Part shown: piece after piece, positions 24,499-38,689 of the stretch
Position numbering within the stretch: position 1 is the first letter of the stretch
How the letters are laid out: every line of letters starts with the position of its first letter
NCBI GenBank assembly: GCA_965235115.1
Contig: OZ249436.1
Span: 48,858,001 to 48,922,000 of the forward strand
DNA: 64,000 nucleotides
Source: Laetmonice hystrix
Taxonomy: Eukaryota
Direction: 5' to 3'
Position numbers and translations under genes: made by a program
The notes under the pieces: model-generated
The model's input: only the letters and a program-made list of their open reading frames with translations
What the model was told of the DNA's origin: nothing
Database searches by the model: none

Positions 24499-27400
24499 TT
24501 GGTAATGATTTAACATTAGACGTGACATTATACAGTAACCTTAATTGCATGCCCCCTTTTTTATAGAACTTTAAATAATTCAACCCAATCAGGTTATTTT
24601 CTTAAAATATCCTGTATAGCAACTATAAGCGATATTGCAATATCATGGAATTACACTTTCCAAAGATTTATTTTACTATTATTGAACGAAGAAACATAGC
24701 ATGCTCACCAATAATTATTATTATTGGTCTAATCTATTTACCATATTAGGCCTATATTAATTATGACATGCATCTTTCACCCATCCTCTCCTTCTCCTCC
24801 TTCCTCTTCTTCTTCCTCTTCTTCTTTGTGTTCTTCTTGAAGTAAAGATTGAGTAGGCCTGTAATTATAGGGCGCAAAGTCAAAGGAAAATGGAAGAGAA
24901 TTGCGAAAAGGTCTACTGGCGGCCATCTGAGGTGTGTTTATTTAGACGGTAGAAAAAGGGTCCTATTAATAGGAGGGCGGGGTGGGGGTGCTGGGGAGGG
25001 GTCATTATATATCTGATAGTTCTGTTCCCTGAATCCGACAGTCCCTATCCAGAACTCGTTGTTCATTAGCTGTAGCTGTGATTACCCTTACAACTATTTA
25101 TAGTTTTGTATAGGGCTGGACCAATTCGTCGCTTTCCTGGCGTATAGGGGCCTACATACACTGTGTAATCGGGGGGTAAACAGCCGCCTCTTTACAGAGG
25201 GCGCCGCGCGATATAGTACTCATCCAAATTAATTTGAATTGTTATGGAGTCGGCGAGCGTGATTAAAGTGGATTTGATTCCCACGAACCGGTCTGTGTTA
25301 TCCCGGTGTTCATCTGGACCGAAGCTAAAAGAGTGGGCGGTCTCGCAGAAAGCGATTACCCGCCATTCAATATCGAAACTGGGGGCCGCGTGGCTGGCGG
25401 ACGCCCACTCACGGCACATACAAAGGCCTCGGGGTCAGACAAAGAGTGGAGCTTCTAATCTACCTACTGCATGTACAGTTCTTAATTGACTCATGCCGTC
25501 AATGTATCGATGTCTCATTTCCTTCGAGGTAATGTATTTGAAAAAAGGGGGTTCTGCGTTGAGGGGAGATAACGGTATTAAGATCTGAGGATATTGAAGG
25601 GTGAATGTTCAATTTCGGTAAGTGTGGCCTAATGATATCATGTACTTAGTGTAGTATGCTCGCGCGCTTTTCTATAACAGCTGTTGTGTGTGAAAAATTC
25701 ATCCCATTCATGTTTTCGCGGGAGTTTATTAGCATAATGTATTGTAGCGAATAAAGACCTGAAAAACGTATTCACACTAGGCCTATATGGATGGACGTGC
25801 TGTTTATTGACACTTTTCTGTAGATCTTCCCATTCACATCCGGAAACTTTGGATTCATCGTGCCGCTTTAATTACTTGAGGAGTTTCAGACGGTCTGCTG
25901 GCAAATGAACATAATTGTTGTTGTTGCGCGATTCGTGTCGTGCGCAGCTGTTTCGTCTGCTAGTCCAGCAACCAACTCCCAGCTGCTGTCATGGCTCACT
26001 GCGCATGTACAGTGTCATCGACACGGTCATTATGCGTTGACACGGGAAGGAGTGGCAGCAGGAGTTGACAAGCGCCGGCATTTGCTAGCTCTTAATAAAA
26101 CATCTGTACAATCCTGGGAGGAATTTAATTTCACGAGCTACTATTGTACATATTGGGGATCTATTCAGATATACAAATGGTGTTTGCAGCTATTGTGAGA
26201 GAAAGGACTCGTGGCCTCCCTTCTCTCAGTGTTCCTTCGCCGTTTCCTTACGTTTGGTCCTTTTATCCTTTTTGTTTGTAGTTGATGTCCTCTATGATTT
26301 CATCGATACGTTTGATTGGAAGTTGACGTTTTAAAGGCTATCAGTAAAAGAAAGAAGAATATGATAGGTAATAAATGACACCGTATGTATGAGTTCTAAT
26401 AGAGGGAGCCCCACCCCTTCTCGAGCCAGGCCCTACAAAAGAAACTGAAGAGGATTGAAAGGAAATACTGTCGCAATAAAATATTATCGTATAAATCAGA
26501 TGACAAAGTGAATGTGTACTGGGAGTTGAAAGAGGACGCCCTAATGGGTGTCTCAAAATTGACATGAATTTAATCTTTTCCTATTACTTTTGGTAACAAT
26601 CTTCTGTTTTAAAATAGGAAACAGGCCTAGATAGAATTTCTTTCTTCATATTATACGGATTTCATTTACAATGAAATTTACAATGATATTAGATCTGCAT
26701 GATAGACGGGGACGAAGAAGGTGAATCTTGGAAAAAAAATCAGCAGGCAGATTTTAATATATTTATGTCATTATAATGTGTTTCTATAGGCTATGACTCA
26801 CGCAGGTCTAACTACACAGTAAACGGGGGATAATACGCCATATAATACTCTTAATATTATAATTAGTTTGAATTGTTAGGGGGCAATGAACAATATAGAG
26901 TTGATTAAATTCCTCCTATCCGGTCTGTTTTACCGTGGTGTTCATTTTAACCGAATTAGCTGAAGAGTTTGGGTGGTCTCGCAGAAAACAATGACATGGA
27001 GTTTATAGGTTCCGCGCTTACCTCGTCTATAACCCCCCCCCCCCCCCGCCCCCCGCCCCCTTAAACCCAAACTAATTTAATTAATGTTATATTATTGTGG
27101 ATGGTATTTTGTATTAAAATAATTCAGCTGAGACATATATTAACTTCTTACTTTCTGAATATATAAAACTAACCCAACTCCTGTGATTGATTTCCTTATA
27201 GTTCATAGAATCATAGAATTAAAGTTGCCCATTTTTGAAAGGTGTCCTTCAACGGAATATAATTTTTAATAACACTATAAATTCAAATTTAAACTTTCCT
27301 TTCCGGACATACAATTGTCGGCGATGATTGGAAAATGTTATGATTCAGTTGCAAAAACTTGAGAAGAAAGGCCAACTGCGTTGAGACATCATAACAAGAG

Positions 27401-29639
27401 TGACATTAACAAAACTAATCTAATCTTTGCCCTCTCTGAGGGCTGGTGCCTAGATTTCTGTGAATAGACACAGCCATACGCCAGGCCGTCGTCTGATAGG
27501 CACAATCCGACAACCGCATATTTAAAAGACTTAAAAAATACGACGGGTAAGACTTTCATCTTAACCAAACAAATGTATTTTTGGGATATCCAACAAATCT
27601 ATCGGTTAAAACTTTTCTTGATGGCCTAGACATCGCCTTTTAATACGAATGTGAGAAAAAAAGGCAAGATAAACAACTCAGAATAGGATGCTTGAATTTC
27701 TTCCTGCTAAAGCGTTCATTTTTAGTTGTGTATATGATGAGTTAGAACGTTTCTGACATAAACGATGTAGGCCTACATTATGTTTACATAAACATAAGAT
27801 TCAAACAATAATCCAGGAAGAAAAAGCTTTTCGTCCCCCGTCAGTTGAAAGACACACAAGACGTATGGCGCATGAGTACGGCATGCATCATGACAATGAA
27901 AGTGGAATGCCGTATTCATGGCATCGAGTTCCATATTCCCGCGGTGAACGAGCTTGTTTATGCGCTTGGATTTTTTTCTAATTTGAGGAAAAGAGCCAAC
28001 AGTAAACAAGAATTTATCAACTTTATATATTCTGTCCGCGGGGCCACGGGACGGGGCGGGTTGTTAAGTAGACCACCCCCCCCCCCATTTTTTCTACATG
28101 GTGCTCACAATTAATTAAAGTGGTAGCAAACTGAGGGGATGGGGCCTGCTGTTAGAACAGCCTGGCGTAATCATACATGTTCCGGCGCTTATAGTTAACC
28201 TCATCAGTGGAGGATCCAGGATTTTGATAAGGGGTGCACATGGTCCACCTATTAAAAAAATTAGCCTCGATACGCTCGGCATGATTTGATTATGCCTGTG
28301 TTACACACACACATAATAATTGCTATTAACCCACTTCGAAATGTTTTATTTTATTCAAATACTATATAAATTATTATTAAAATATAGTCATAACATCTTC
28401 ACCAAAAAAGGAAGGAAAATCTAAGGTGAGCGAGTGAGCGGCACCTATTAGGCCTACTCCACTCCAGTGACCTCAGCAGGGACGGGGGGGGGGGACTTTA
28501 ACATCGGCGGCTCACGCTAGGTGGCGCAGCAGTCTTAGCATTTTGAGTACTGTCATGTTCGAGTCGGGACTCCAGCGCATTTTTTTTATTATGCGTATCT
28601 GCCAGTGCCAGTGGGGGGGGGGGGGAGGTGCCATACGGTGGTCCGTATATGGAATTAACGCGTGTTCCATACGGACTGATTTGATTGTACACGTTACGGA
28701 GTATAATGGGACGTTATCTCGGACATCATCGTGGCCCATTGATTGGTACATATAGGCCTACGTATCAGTATGATATGGTACATGCATGTACACGTAAATA
28801 TATATTTTACACCACAGTCAGTTATAGCAACTCATTAATTGCCCACGACATAAATTTTGAAACTAAATATACATAAGAAACACGTCCAGTATAGGTGCAT
28901 GCAGAGTGCATGTATGCCAAGTTACAGGCCTATACCCTGTAGCCATAATAGTCTCCATAAAATCACTATGTATACACCTTACCAGAAAACATTGATGTCT
29001 CGCGTTGAGGAATACCCGTCGGGCCAAGTTTCCGGGTCAAAAGGTCGGTCAGACTGGTCGACATTGTGATGGTGTCATCATAGTCTATACTATTATAAGT
29101 CGGATATCGGTATGACTGTGACTAACCATTCCATTGAAGTAACAATTGGGCAGTGGGGATGGGGGGGGGGGGGGTGATTGAGAAATTTGAAAAATGGGGC
29201 GTAACTGTAAAGCATGTTAAACCTTGATTTTGAGAGATATACCCTGTCCGTGTTGTATAGGCCTACATTCGGCGCTGTGGTATCATGTCAACTATATCAA
29301 CTTTCATTTTCACGTGATGTATATAAACATGAATGCATTAGAAATGCGTAGTAGACCTATATAGAACCATATTTATAGTAGTGGCGTTCTCTCTGGAAAC
29401 TGCCTCGGGCACAACGTTCCATCGCTTCAGAGGTTGTCCGCCACAGGAAGCACGTTATAGAGTACAGTTCAATGAGTCGTGCGTTGTTACATTTCTTACG
29501 CCTTCGTAATCATTATCATGATTGGAAAATAACAAAGTAAGCAGTGAAGGTTTTAGTGTCTAATACATGAACGTCGTGATATGGACGTCGTATCGCACTC
29601 TTTAGATTATAATCACACTCACTCTTTAGCTCACAATGC

Positions 29640-29865
29640 AATGACAAAAGGAAGCAAGTCCAACTTTCATCAAGTCGACTTAAGTGTAAATTTGGATTCA
29701 GGAAATTAAGTCCTATCTATCAATAGGTGTATTTCTGCTAAACATCCTTCTATGAAGCTATCAGTCACATGACAGAAGGAAGCACGTCCACCCAACTGCA
29801 CAGTAGAGAGGCAACTTGTTGATGTCCATTTATCGAAACTTTTGGACTTGCTTCCTTTTGTCATT
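29640..29865. repeat. 24-bp perfect inverted repeat (probable MITE remnant)
   Basis: AATGACAAAAGGAAGCAAGTCCAA (29640-29663) / TTGGACTTGCTTCCTTTTGTCATT (29842-29865), with a degenerate third copy near 29770. Confidence 0.7.
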
Positions 29866-31123
29866 TCACGGCAGTATAGATTCGAAAACGAGTGTATAGG
29901 TGCCTATAGATCTATCTTTACGTTAAATCATGTGGGATTGGTCGGTTGGTATGGGTAATATCAGGTAGGGTTGGATGGTAGGGGGCTAGGGTACGGGGTG
30001 GGGTGAGATAGCGGACTGAGGGGGGCGCCACATGAAACGTGGCCCGCAGGTCTGCACGGCTCCCCCACACGGGGTGAATAAATAAAGATACGTGCCGTGT
30101 CAATATTACGGTGTGTCAGTACCATTTGGGTTCAATAAACAAGCGCTTACTGACGCTCGTTTATTGTCTACCACTCAAATATTACACGTCTTCTCTGTTT
30201 GCCCACAACCTAACAATGCTTTCAGCTCCAGCCTGTTTTGATGATCGTTCTGCCTATAGACCCTAATTACCTACGGTCCTGATGGAGTGAGGGTCTGACG
30301 GAGAGGCTATGTGAGAATGTGATTATAGAAAGATTGCGTACTGAAGCGCCTGCGTGGATGCACTAAGGTGTCATGAGGTAGACCGATGTTAGCCCTAGTT
30401 ACCCGGAGTCGACAGGTGGAGGCGGGGGCCAACAGGTGTTCAGGGACCGGGGGGTCCTGAGACGGGCTGACGGTACCCAGCTATCGTCTGCAGCGCCATG
30501 ACGCGGGCTGCTCCAAAAGACGGCACACAAAGGCTGAAAACGGCGGGTTGAGAAGGTCAGCCGTTTGATTGAACTGGTACATCATATACGTCAACCCTGA
30601 CCTACCACCAGGGCCCTGGTGATAATGGTGTACTCTCGGCAGGACAAAGATTCACGGGCGTAAATGGACAAATCCCAGCCATCTCACTCTATACTTACAA
30701 AAGATCCAACGACGCAAATAGTTTTTTTTTGTGTCCGTAGCACTAATTCATACTAGGCCCACTACAAAGATCTACGGACCTATACATAATACGATCAACG
30801 GAAAGTTATTACAATGCTGCAATGAAGCCATGAATCATATAATATATGATTAGAGTGAAACTTCGGAACGAGTTACACGGCAAATCGTACTCAATGTTGT
30901 CTAAGAATGGCCTACTATATATTGAATTAATCTCTCAAATGGGCAGAATTGCACGGCGTAGGGCCTTAGCAATGCATGTAGAAGGGAACCGTATGGGTCC
31001 AAGCATATAACCTAGGACCAACATCAAATGCCATTTACGTCAGCAGAGTGTTGATCTTTGAAAAATCAGGACTTGAACTAATTTCGAACCGCACCAAAAG
31101 CCGCTTAAACAATCAGCGAGTAT

Positions 31124-31346
31124 CTATCTCTCATTTCAATGACTCCAAAATGCAGACAGGGGCTGTTTGGTTAGATAAGGCTTTAAACTACAACAATCAA
31201 TAAATATTTACCTACAGAAATGGAAAAATCTAATGAAATTCAACATTCCACATGCCTGTTGTCGCCATAAAGCAAACGTTTCATGGATGGTTGTTGACTT
31301 GGCCTTGACTTGAACAGCAATGAAATTGATGATCGGGCGATGAACC
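31124..31346 (+). repeat. Dispersed repeat of about 220 bp, copy A
   Basis: Aligns by eye to 50541-50762: CTCTCATTTC..GACTCCAAAATGCAGACA..GGTTAGATAAGGC..TGCCTGTTGTCGCCA..ATCGGGCGATGAACC. Confidence 0.85.
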
Positions 31347-32224
31347 CGACCCCCTTGGGCACCAATTTTTTTTTATTTTTCTGGTAGAGCTTTCTCGGAG
31401 ATTAGTCAGATGACCCTGTTGAACCTACCCTTTTACCGAGATTTCCTCTTGAACGCCTTCCAAAATCCTGGATCCGCCCCCGACGTATTTCATGCCGAGT
31501 TCATGATTTCTCAAGTCACGAGTGAATTAAACACACAACACCATTTTTAATGCCAATAAAGTTTACTTGTCAAAGAGTTCAAGTGCAGTTCTTATGTACA
31601 AATCATATATCGATTTCATCGTCCCACATTTTAAATCCGTATTCAGTCTGTCAGCATCACCAGCGGACATCAAGGGGTACCGGTACTTCGTTCTAACTGG
31701 CAACACTGACGGAAACCATTTGATGCGACTTCAGGTGCAAAACATTATCATAACGTTCAGGTAAAGTTCCATCCCCTTTATAGAAACTAACATCAACACA
31801 TATACAATGAAGAAGATCTACCTATGAATGTTATTGGTAGCGCATGTTACTATGTAACTCACACATCGACATTAATCCGCTCTCGTCAACCGTTCATCAG
31901 TTCACGGATCCACATTGACTCGCCTCATTGACTTCTTGGGTCCAGCATTCATTCTAGAGTTGTCCCAAAATGACTACAATTCAAAGACTTGCATTTGTTA
32001 AGATAACCTCAATATCAAACGGACTGCATAAACATACCACTCTTTAATTCTTTTTCTATCCAAAATATTTTGTTTTACAAAGTGAGCCATACTGTATACC
32101 AGGGGTCCCTTCTTTCCCACCAAACCTAATCAAAACACTACTTTTTTATCATTTTTGGCCAGAAGTCCTCGAGGTTATCTATGCCAGACTTCCTGCAATC
32201 AACGATTAAAATACACAACCCCTG

Positions 32225-32468
32225 GGCCCGGTTTTTTTGTTTACTTTTCCACCGTGAGCAAGGGTGAGCATGAGCTCATTCTCACCGTTTTTGTGTTTTT
32301 TTGGGTTGCTTTTTTCCATGAGGCGTGCTCATGGTGAGCAAGCTCGCGGAAAAACACCCCCAAAAAACAAAAACAGTGAATAAAACGGTGAGCATGAGCT
32401 TCTGCTCACCCTTGCTCAGCTCAGCTTACCCTTGCTCAGGGTGGAAAATTAAACAAAAAAACCGGGCC
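32225..32468. mobile_element. 244-bp MITE, PIF/Harbinger-like
   Basis: TIRs GGCCCGGTTTTTTTGTTTA / TAAACAAAAAACCGGGCC, CTG TSD, internal GTGAGCA/TGCTCAC palindromic motifs. Confidence 0.85.
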
Positions 32469-33389
32469 CTGATATCCATGAACCGATCTGCGCGGTTGCA
32501 AAATTATACTTGGACGCGAATCTTCAGCTTATTGATACTCTAGACTTTTTCTTCCATTTTACTTCAATTCTGTTTGTGACAAATACGTTTCAACGTACAT
32601 TTTGCAATAGTCTATAGTATCGTCAAACAAATGCATAACTGTTTCCGAGAATTGCGCGAGTCCATGTATGCCAGCCTATATTAAAACTATAAGAAGAAAA
32701 AACAAATTGTACAGATGCCATGTTGCATGCATGGTTGAGACCACCAATTGGTCACGTTGAAGCACCACATTTTGAGTATATACAATGTATACAGTATATA
32801 CACTATATGACTGAAGGCCATGGTTCCCTCTTCTTGTGACTAGTAAGACGAGAATTGCAAGCTGCATCTCAAGGAGAACGGTAAAAATATTGCTATTCTT
32901 TCCCGTAAGTCTGTCACAAGATTCCGTTTTGGAAGCATATCTAACTGCAAGGTTATCAACAGCTGTAATCTTCAGCTAAACCACAAAGAGAAATCGTATA
33001 GTGGTTGTAATTCAATTTCCCACCGAGAGATAATCAGTGCTGGAACTGGCTGTAGATCTGTACAGGTCTAACAAAGGTTACTTCCCGAAGGTGATCAGTC
33101 ACCGTTCTGACTGCATGCTGCAGCCAACTATCGGCTGTGTAAGGTGACAGCGCCGATCATCGGTCCATACTGTAACTGTCAGCCCTTTTATACAAAAACA
33201 AACCAATTTATTTTTAGCTTCCCGACTGGTTATTTTGAGAGTATTTTCTTCCTCACAGTAAAAGTAATGATTTCGGTAAACATTCCCAACCCGGTTATAC
33301 CTTAGTGACTGCCCATCTGGGCAATAATCGTCTGGCAGACGGCGAGCCTGACCACTGAACGGAATATTTCGATACCTCCATGGTGAACG

Positions 33390-33446
33390 TAAGTTTGAGC
33401 CCCAGACATAAGTTTGAGCCCCAGACATAAGTTTGAGCCCCAGACA
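33390..33446. repeat. 19-bp tandem repeat, 3 copies
   Basis: TAAGTTTGAGCCCCAGACA repeated. Confidence 0.85.
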
Positions 33447-33928
33447 GGCTTCAAGAGAACTCTGGCCCAGTGTCTCCTCGTAAGGAAAGTGCTGGTGTGA
33501 CTGCATGGCATTATAGGCGACCGTGGAATGTACTGTATTTCCTCTTTTTGCAATCAGACTCACAAAAGGACAAGAACTTTGACATATACCCAGCGGGGGT
33601 GCAGACGATGGTGAATCTCGATGGGGGTAAATTTGCTCATCTCTAAAAATTGTTTTCTTATAATACATTATGAACACGTGACTTATTGCCGGTTTTGTAT
33701 TGGGTCACGTGATTTCGGTTTACACAATAGTTTTTCGGTAGAATGTGCATGCAGTTGAGAACGTCAACTCGGTTATACACCTGTAAAACGACATGTCGAC
33801 ACGTGGATTTCAAGGTGTTCTAATTATATTCGGTGGTGGAGCTTAAAGGCAGGGAAATCCTACTGCTATTGTCTATACTGTAAGAGATTATTTCCACGGC
33901 TTGACTTAATACAATAGAATGAACGAAC

Positions 33929-34564
33929 CCCTCATCAAGACATTGTGATGTACTCTTTCACGACATTGTGGTGTCCTCATTCTGATGTCCCCATCAAGAC
34001 ATTCTGATGTCCCCATCAAGACATTCTGATGTCCCCATCAAGACATTCTGATGTCTCCATCAAGACATTCTGATGTCCCCATCAAGACATTCTGATGTCC
34101 CCATCAAGACATTCTGATGTCCCCATCAAGACATTCTGATGTTCCCATCGAGACATTCTGATGTCCTCATCGAGACATTCTGATGTCCCCATCGAAACAT
34201 TCTGATGTCCCCATCGAAACATTCTGATGTCCTCATCGAGACATTCTGATGTCCTCATCGAGACATTCTGATGTCCCCATCAAGACATTCTGATGTCCTC
34301 ATCAAGACATTCTGATGTCCCCATCGAGACATTCTGATGTCCTCATCAAGACATTCTGATGTCCCCATCAAGACATCCTGATGTCCCCATCAAGACATTC
34401 TGATGTCCCCATCAAGACATTCTGATGTCCTCATCAAGACATTCTGATGTCCCCATCGAGACATTCTGATGTCCTCATCAAGACATTCTGATGTCCCCAT
34501 CAAGACATCCTGATGTCCCCATCAAGACATTCTGATGTCCCCATCGAGACATTCTGATGTCCTC
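33929..34564. repeat. 22-bp minisatellite
   Basis: GTCC(C/T)CATC(A/G)AGACATTCTGAT repeated, with degenerate copies at the left edge. Confidence 0.96.
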
Positions 34565-37500
34565 TTCCAAGGGTTTTATCTCCCGCATGGAGCTGCCCTA
34601 CAAGCGGTTCCCTCTCTAACATTCCCGATCCAGTGGCGGATCGGGGGGGGGGGGGTAGGGGGGGGGTTAATGCCCCCTTAAATTCTGATATTATAAACAG
34701 CCTGGAGAGCGTCCCTTTTCCGAGGATCGGGGCATTTGCCCGATGGTTTACCCCCTTCTTATCCCCCTGCCCCTAAAAGATGTCTCACTCCGCTCCCGCG
34801 ATCTATTCAACCAATGCCCAAGGAGTCAAGATGGGTTCAAACTATCGCCACTATATTCGTAACAAAATGTAAGGGTCTTAGGACTAATGTAATGCGATTT
34901 CCTGGGTGTCATGGGTCGCCAGAACAAAATAAAACTCCTTGGTGCTCCATGTAATACGGCTACACATAATATCCACCTTAAACATAACAGGGATAACGAA
35001 GGTGCTTTAGAAAATACAATATGAAAAATGCCAAAACACATTTCAAAACAACAGTATATACATATAACAGTCTACGTATATTGTATGTACAGGCGAGATC
35101 AAAGGGTTATTTTACGTATCAGTTATTACTAGACTGAACTCTCAAAAATTTGTTCCACGTCAATCAGGATACTTACCATTTTAAGCACCTAAACAATTAG
35201 CTATTTATTACCTCAATTCAACGTAGTATTCGCATCAGTCTCGGTATTGCTATGGCATTACTGTATAGCATTACATCCCCGCCTATATATACTGACAATA
35301 TAATACACATGGCAGACATATACTGGCATATCTATATTAGTGGTCTGAAACGCTATTGCATATACAGAACAGAGATCTATTTCCTGACTACAACTGAATG
35401 TAATCATGAATATTGTAGGTTATATCAGATATAATATATGGAGAGGGTAGAAATCTAAGTAGAAACATCCTGTGGTCATCATTGTATAGCGCACATAAAT
35501 AAGACATGTCCTCCTTCATTAATACTGTCATCTCAGGTTGTAAGTTACATCAGTGGGCAATACTCAGATACGAACAGTTTTTGTCCGTATATAAAGCGGT
35601 GCAACACCAACCTCAGCTCTACAAAAACCCATAGTCTATCATGTCCTCACACAGCGGGTCTGGCTGTGGATCTGGGATATTTACGAAGATGCCACATTCT
35701 AGACGGTCTGGCTAACTCAACAAAACTTTTTTTCCTTTTTCGTGCAAAGTCTGCAACCTCAAAAAAAATCAATGCGATAATTTACGAGTATAGTTAAATA
35801 TATCGCAAACACTGCACGGCGAATTGTGCATTAGCCATCAGTACCCGGCAGAACTTTTTCAACCAAGTAAATCAGACAGATGCTCTACAAGAGTGGCTCT
35901 TTGAGGACTGAGGAGACAATACTATTATCATGCCACCGTCACTGGGGCAAGGCTTGGGACGAGGTTCACCACCTCGCCCGCCCTCTCAGCCCACACGGCC
36001 CGCCCGCCGGCCCGCCGGCCCACACGGCCCGCCCGCCCGGCCACCCAGCCCCACGCTGGACTTCCTCCTCTTCCCGGGCTGGCGCTGAATACTCGCCGGT
36101 TTTTTTACAGGCCAGGTGGGCCGCCGACCATTTTTGCTTTCTTGTATACCTGGCTCTGCGCTCAGATCTACCACCTCGGCCGTGGGCGTCCAGGGATTCC
36201 AGGGCATTATACAGTATAGGTGGGCTCCCCAGCACCGCGCCAGGTAAGGCAGCCGACCTGGCGGCAATCATATCCAAAATTGCTTTGCAAGCAACTGGGT
36301 CGGATTTCTACCGGGAAATATGTTTTCATTTGATCGGCATCATGTGGTAATCTTATTTCCATATTATGACATACATCCAGTTTGAACGCTTCGAAAACAA
36401 TTTCAGGAATTTCAACTATTTATAGGCCTACCGGCTTACGAGTAAGACTTTTATCCAAGTCTGTTATCCGAATTACTATACTCGCATTCAAGCGATTATA
36501 AATCCTGACATCTCCGCCATTAATTACAAAATAATTAATTACCAGAAAAAGACTTACGGTAAGTGTAATCTCCCGGAATTGCTATCCCCCAATTTATCGT
36601 CTTATGTATACTAATTATAGATCTACCATCAGAAGCAGACTACCACCACTTTGGCAATGAGCTCCAGTATCTCTAAGCTCAATAATCAACTGGTTCATTT
36701 TCTTTAGCTCATTCGTTCAGCTTTCGGCGAGGCTAAAATACAGAAAAGGAATTATCTGTCATTTTTTCTACACGTCATGGGACTAGATCCTTTTTCTACT
36801 TCGTCCCAAGTTTTGTAAGAGACCTAGGGTCTATGTTATACGGATTCTATACTTGCCTAGGTGTTTTAATAGAAGAATGAAAAGGAAAATAGGAAAACTA
36901 AGTAGAAATACCCTTGAAAATGTGTATTCCTCATTATTTCCATCGGTATATAGTCAGTGGAATAGCCCCAAGATCCTAGCTCTAATTTTACAGTTTTGTG
37001 TACCATTTATTATAAACCCACAGACGGCATGAGGGGAGAAGGAAAATAAAAATGACGAAACAGAAGATTATGTTGTGTTGTATTTTATCACATTTTGTTT
37101 AAGGGGGTAGCTAAAGTGCTACGAGTCGATGAACTTTTAGTCAGCATGATATAAAAACGTCAGGTGCTGACGGGGTGGGAACAGTTGGTGGACATCCTAC
37201 ATGATGCGCCAGGGATGAAAGGCTTCTTGAAAAGGTACAATTTCGATGGGTTCTTGTGTTGCATTGTATGTGGTTTACGAAGGTCAGCAACCTATGCACG
37301 TGGGGTGGTTGCGGGAGGATTGGGGGGGGGGGGGGGTGTTTGGGACGGGGGTGTAGGAGGGGGGGGTTACTGGTAGGAGGGGGAGGGGGGCTCTTGGCCC
37401 AACAACTTCCACCTGGCCGTGCTTAGCAGCGTGCCTCGCCCAGCGGCGGCCGACCTTGACGTGCGTTCTCAACAACCAACGCGCATGACACGCGCGCTAT

Positions 37501-37510
37501 CTATAAATAG
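37501..37510 (+). promoter_or_regulatory. Candidate TATA/MEF2-type element
   Basis: CTATAAATAG downstream of a CpG-rich stretch carrying GACCTTGA and TGACGT. Confidence 0.35.
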
Positions 37511-38689
37511 CTGCGCAGACGACTCCCACCTTCCATATTGACCTATTGTTCAACTCCCAGCCGTCAACAAACAATGCGTGGGCATCTATAGCGTCAGCTG
37601 ACGCCGCCTCAGCTGAACGGAATCCACACAATACCACCTTCAGTAGGGCAAAGTGGCATGGAGTCTTGTCACATTGTTTTCTGGTAGACTTCGGCTCTCA
37701 ACGACTCAAGTCAACAAATAATGCGCTCCATGACGTTCTGTCCAAAGTCACGTCCCATCCGTCCCTTCTAATATCATAGCATAAATCACTCGGCAGGTAC
37801 GCGACAAGATACCTGAACATAATCCGTGGGTCACTCCTATCCTCGTCCATTCAAAGGCTGCAGTCCTTGCAGTCCTCACAGGACCATACACTTGTATAAT
37901 ATACACCTGCGTATAATATACTCCCCTAACCGTTATATCCATAGGCCTACATGAAAACGAATCATATCCGAACGATTCTGCATTAGTGCTTTTCTGGGAG
38001 AACTCACAAAATGTACTCAGGATCTAATGATTGTGGACAGGGATCCGTAGCACACCTCGTAATACAAGACCTTCTCCATTCCACCACCTCAGTGGCCATT
38101 CAGGTCAAGTTGGGTTTGACTGCACAAATTTAACCAATGCAATGGTCTATATAAAGATTTAACTTTATCCTCTTGAATACTATGGAATTGCATAAAGCTA
38201 CAGATCTACTGCTACTTCTGTTGGTGTCGCCATAGTCCAAGCATCAACACATCATGTCTATAACTGCAGGTTGTGTATACATATGCTGCATTAAGCGGGA
38301 GATGTAAACTTTACTTCACTCAAAGTGAAGGTTTCGAATTGTTGTTTCCAAAACTAGACGGTTTCCGAAATGCCTGCTTCCAGAACCCCGTAAAATAGTT
38401 GTGACATGATGAACTTAGGCCATCAGCCTTCCTATACCGTAAGTATCGAGATAAGTATCGAGATAAGTAATCAAAAGCACGTGGGAAAGGAATTGGCGTA
38501 TTTTTTTGGTCCATCGCACCATTTTCTTTAGTTGTGACTAACACAAATATCGCGGAAGGCGAATTAAGTCTGAATGTTTCTCTTTGAATTCACCCGGCGT
38601 TTATTTCGAGCAATCACTTTGTGCCCACGTGTTACCTGTATCAGATGGGGTATAGGGGTTTAGGGTAGAGGGGTTTGTTCCCGGAGAGG

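Noticed and set aside
18430..24528. Repetitive ORFs and a CRISPR-like appearance of constant plus variable segments
   Set aside because: The variable parts are short indel variants, not unique spacers. No cas genes, and the context is eukaryotic.
33099..33677. 192-aa minus-strand ORF
   Set aside because: No recognisable domain, includes a tandem repeat, and no splice context found.
35169..35178. ATACTTACC resembling the U1 snRNA 5' end
   Set aside because: No further U1 similarity. It is only a donor-like motif on the minus strand with no linked exon.
35880..36350. 156-aa Pro/Ala-rich ORF and antisense partners
   Set aside because: Explained by high GC content; no homology recognised.
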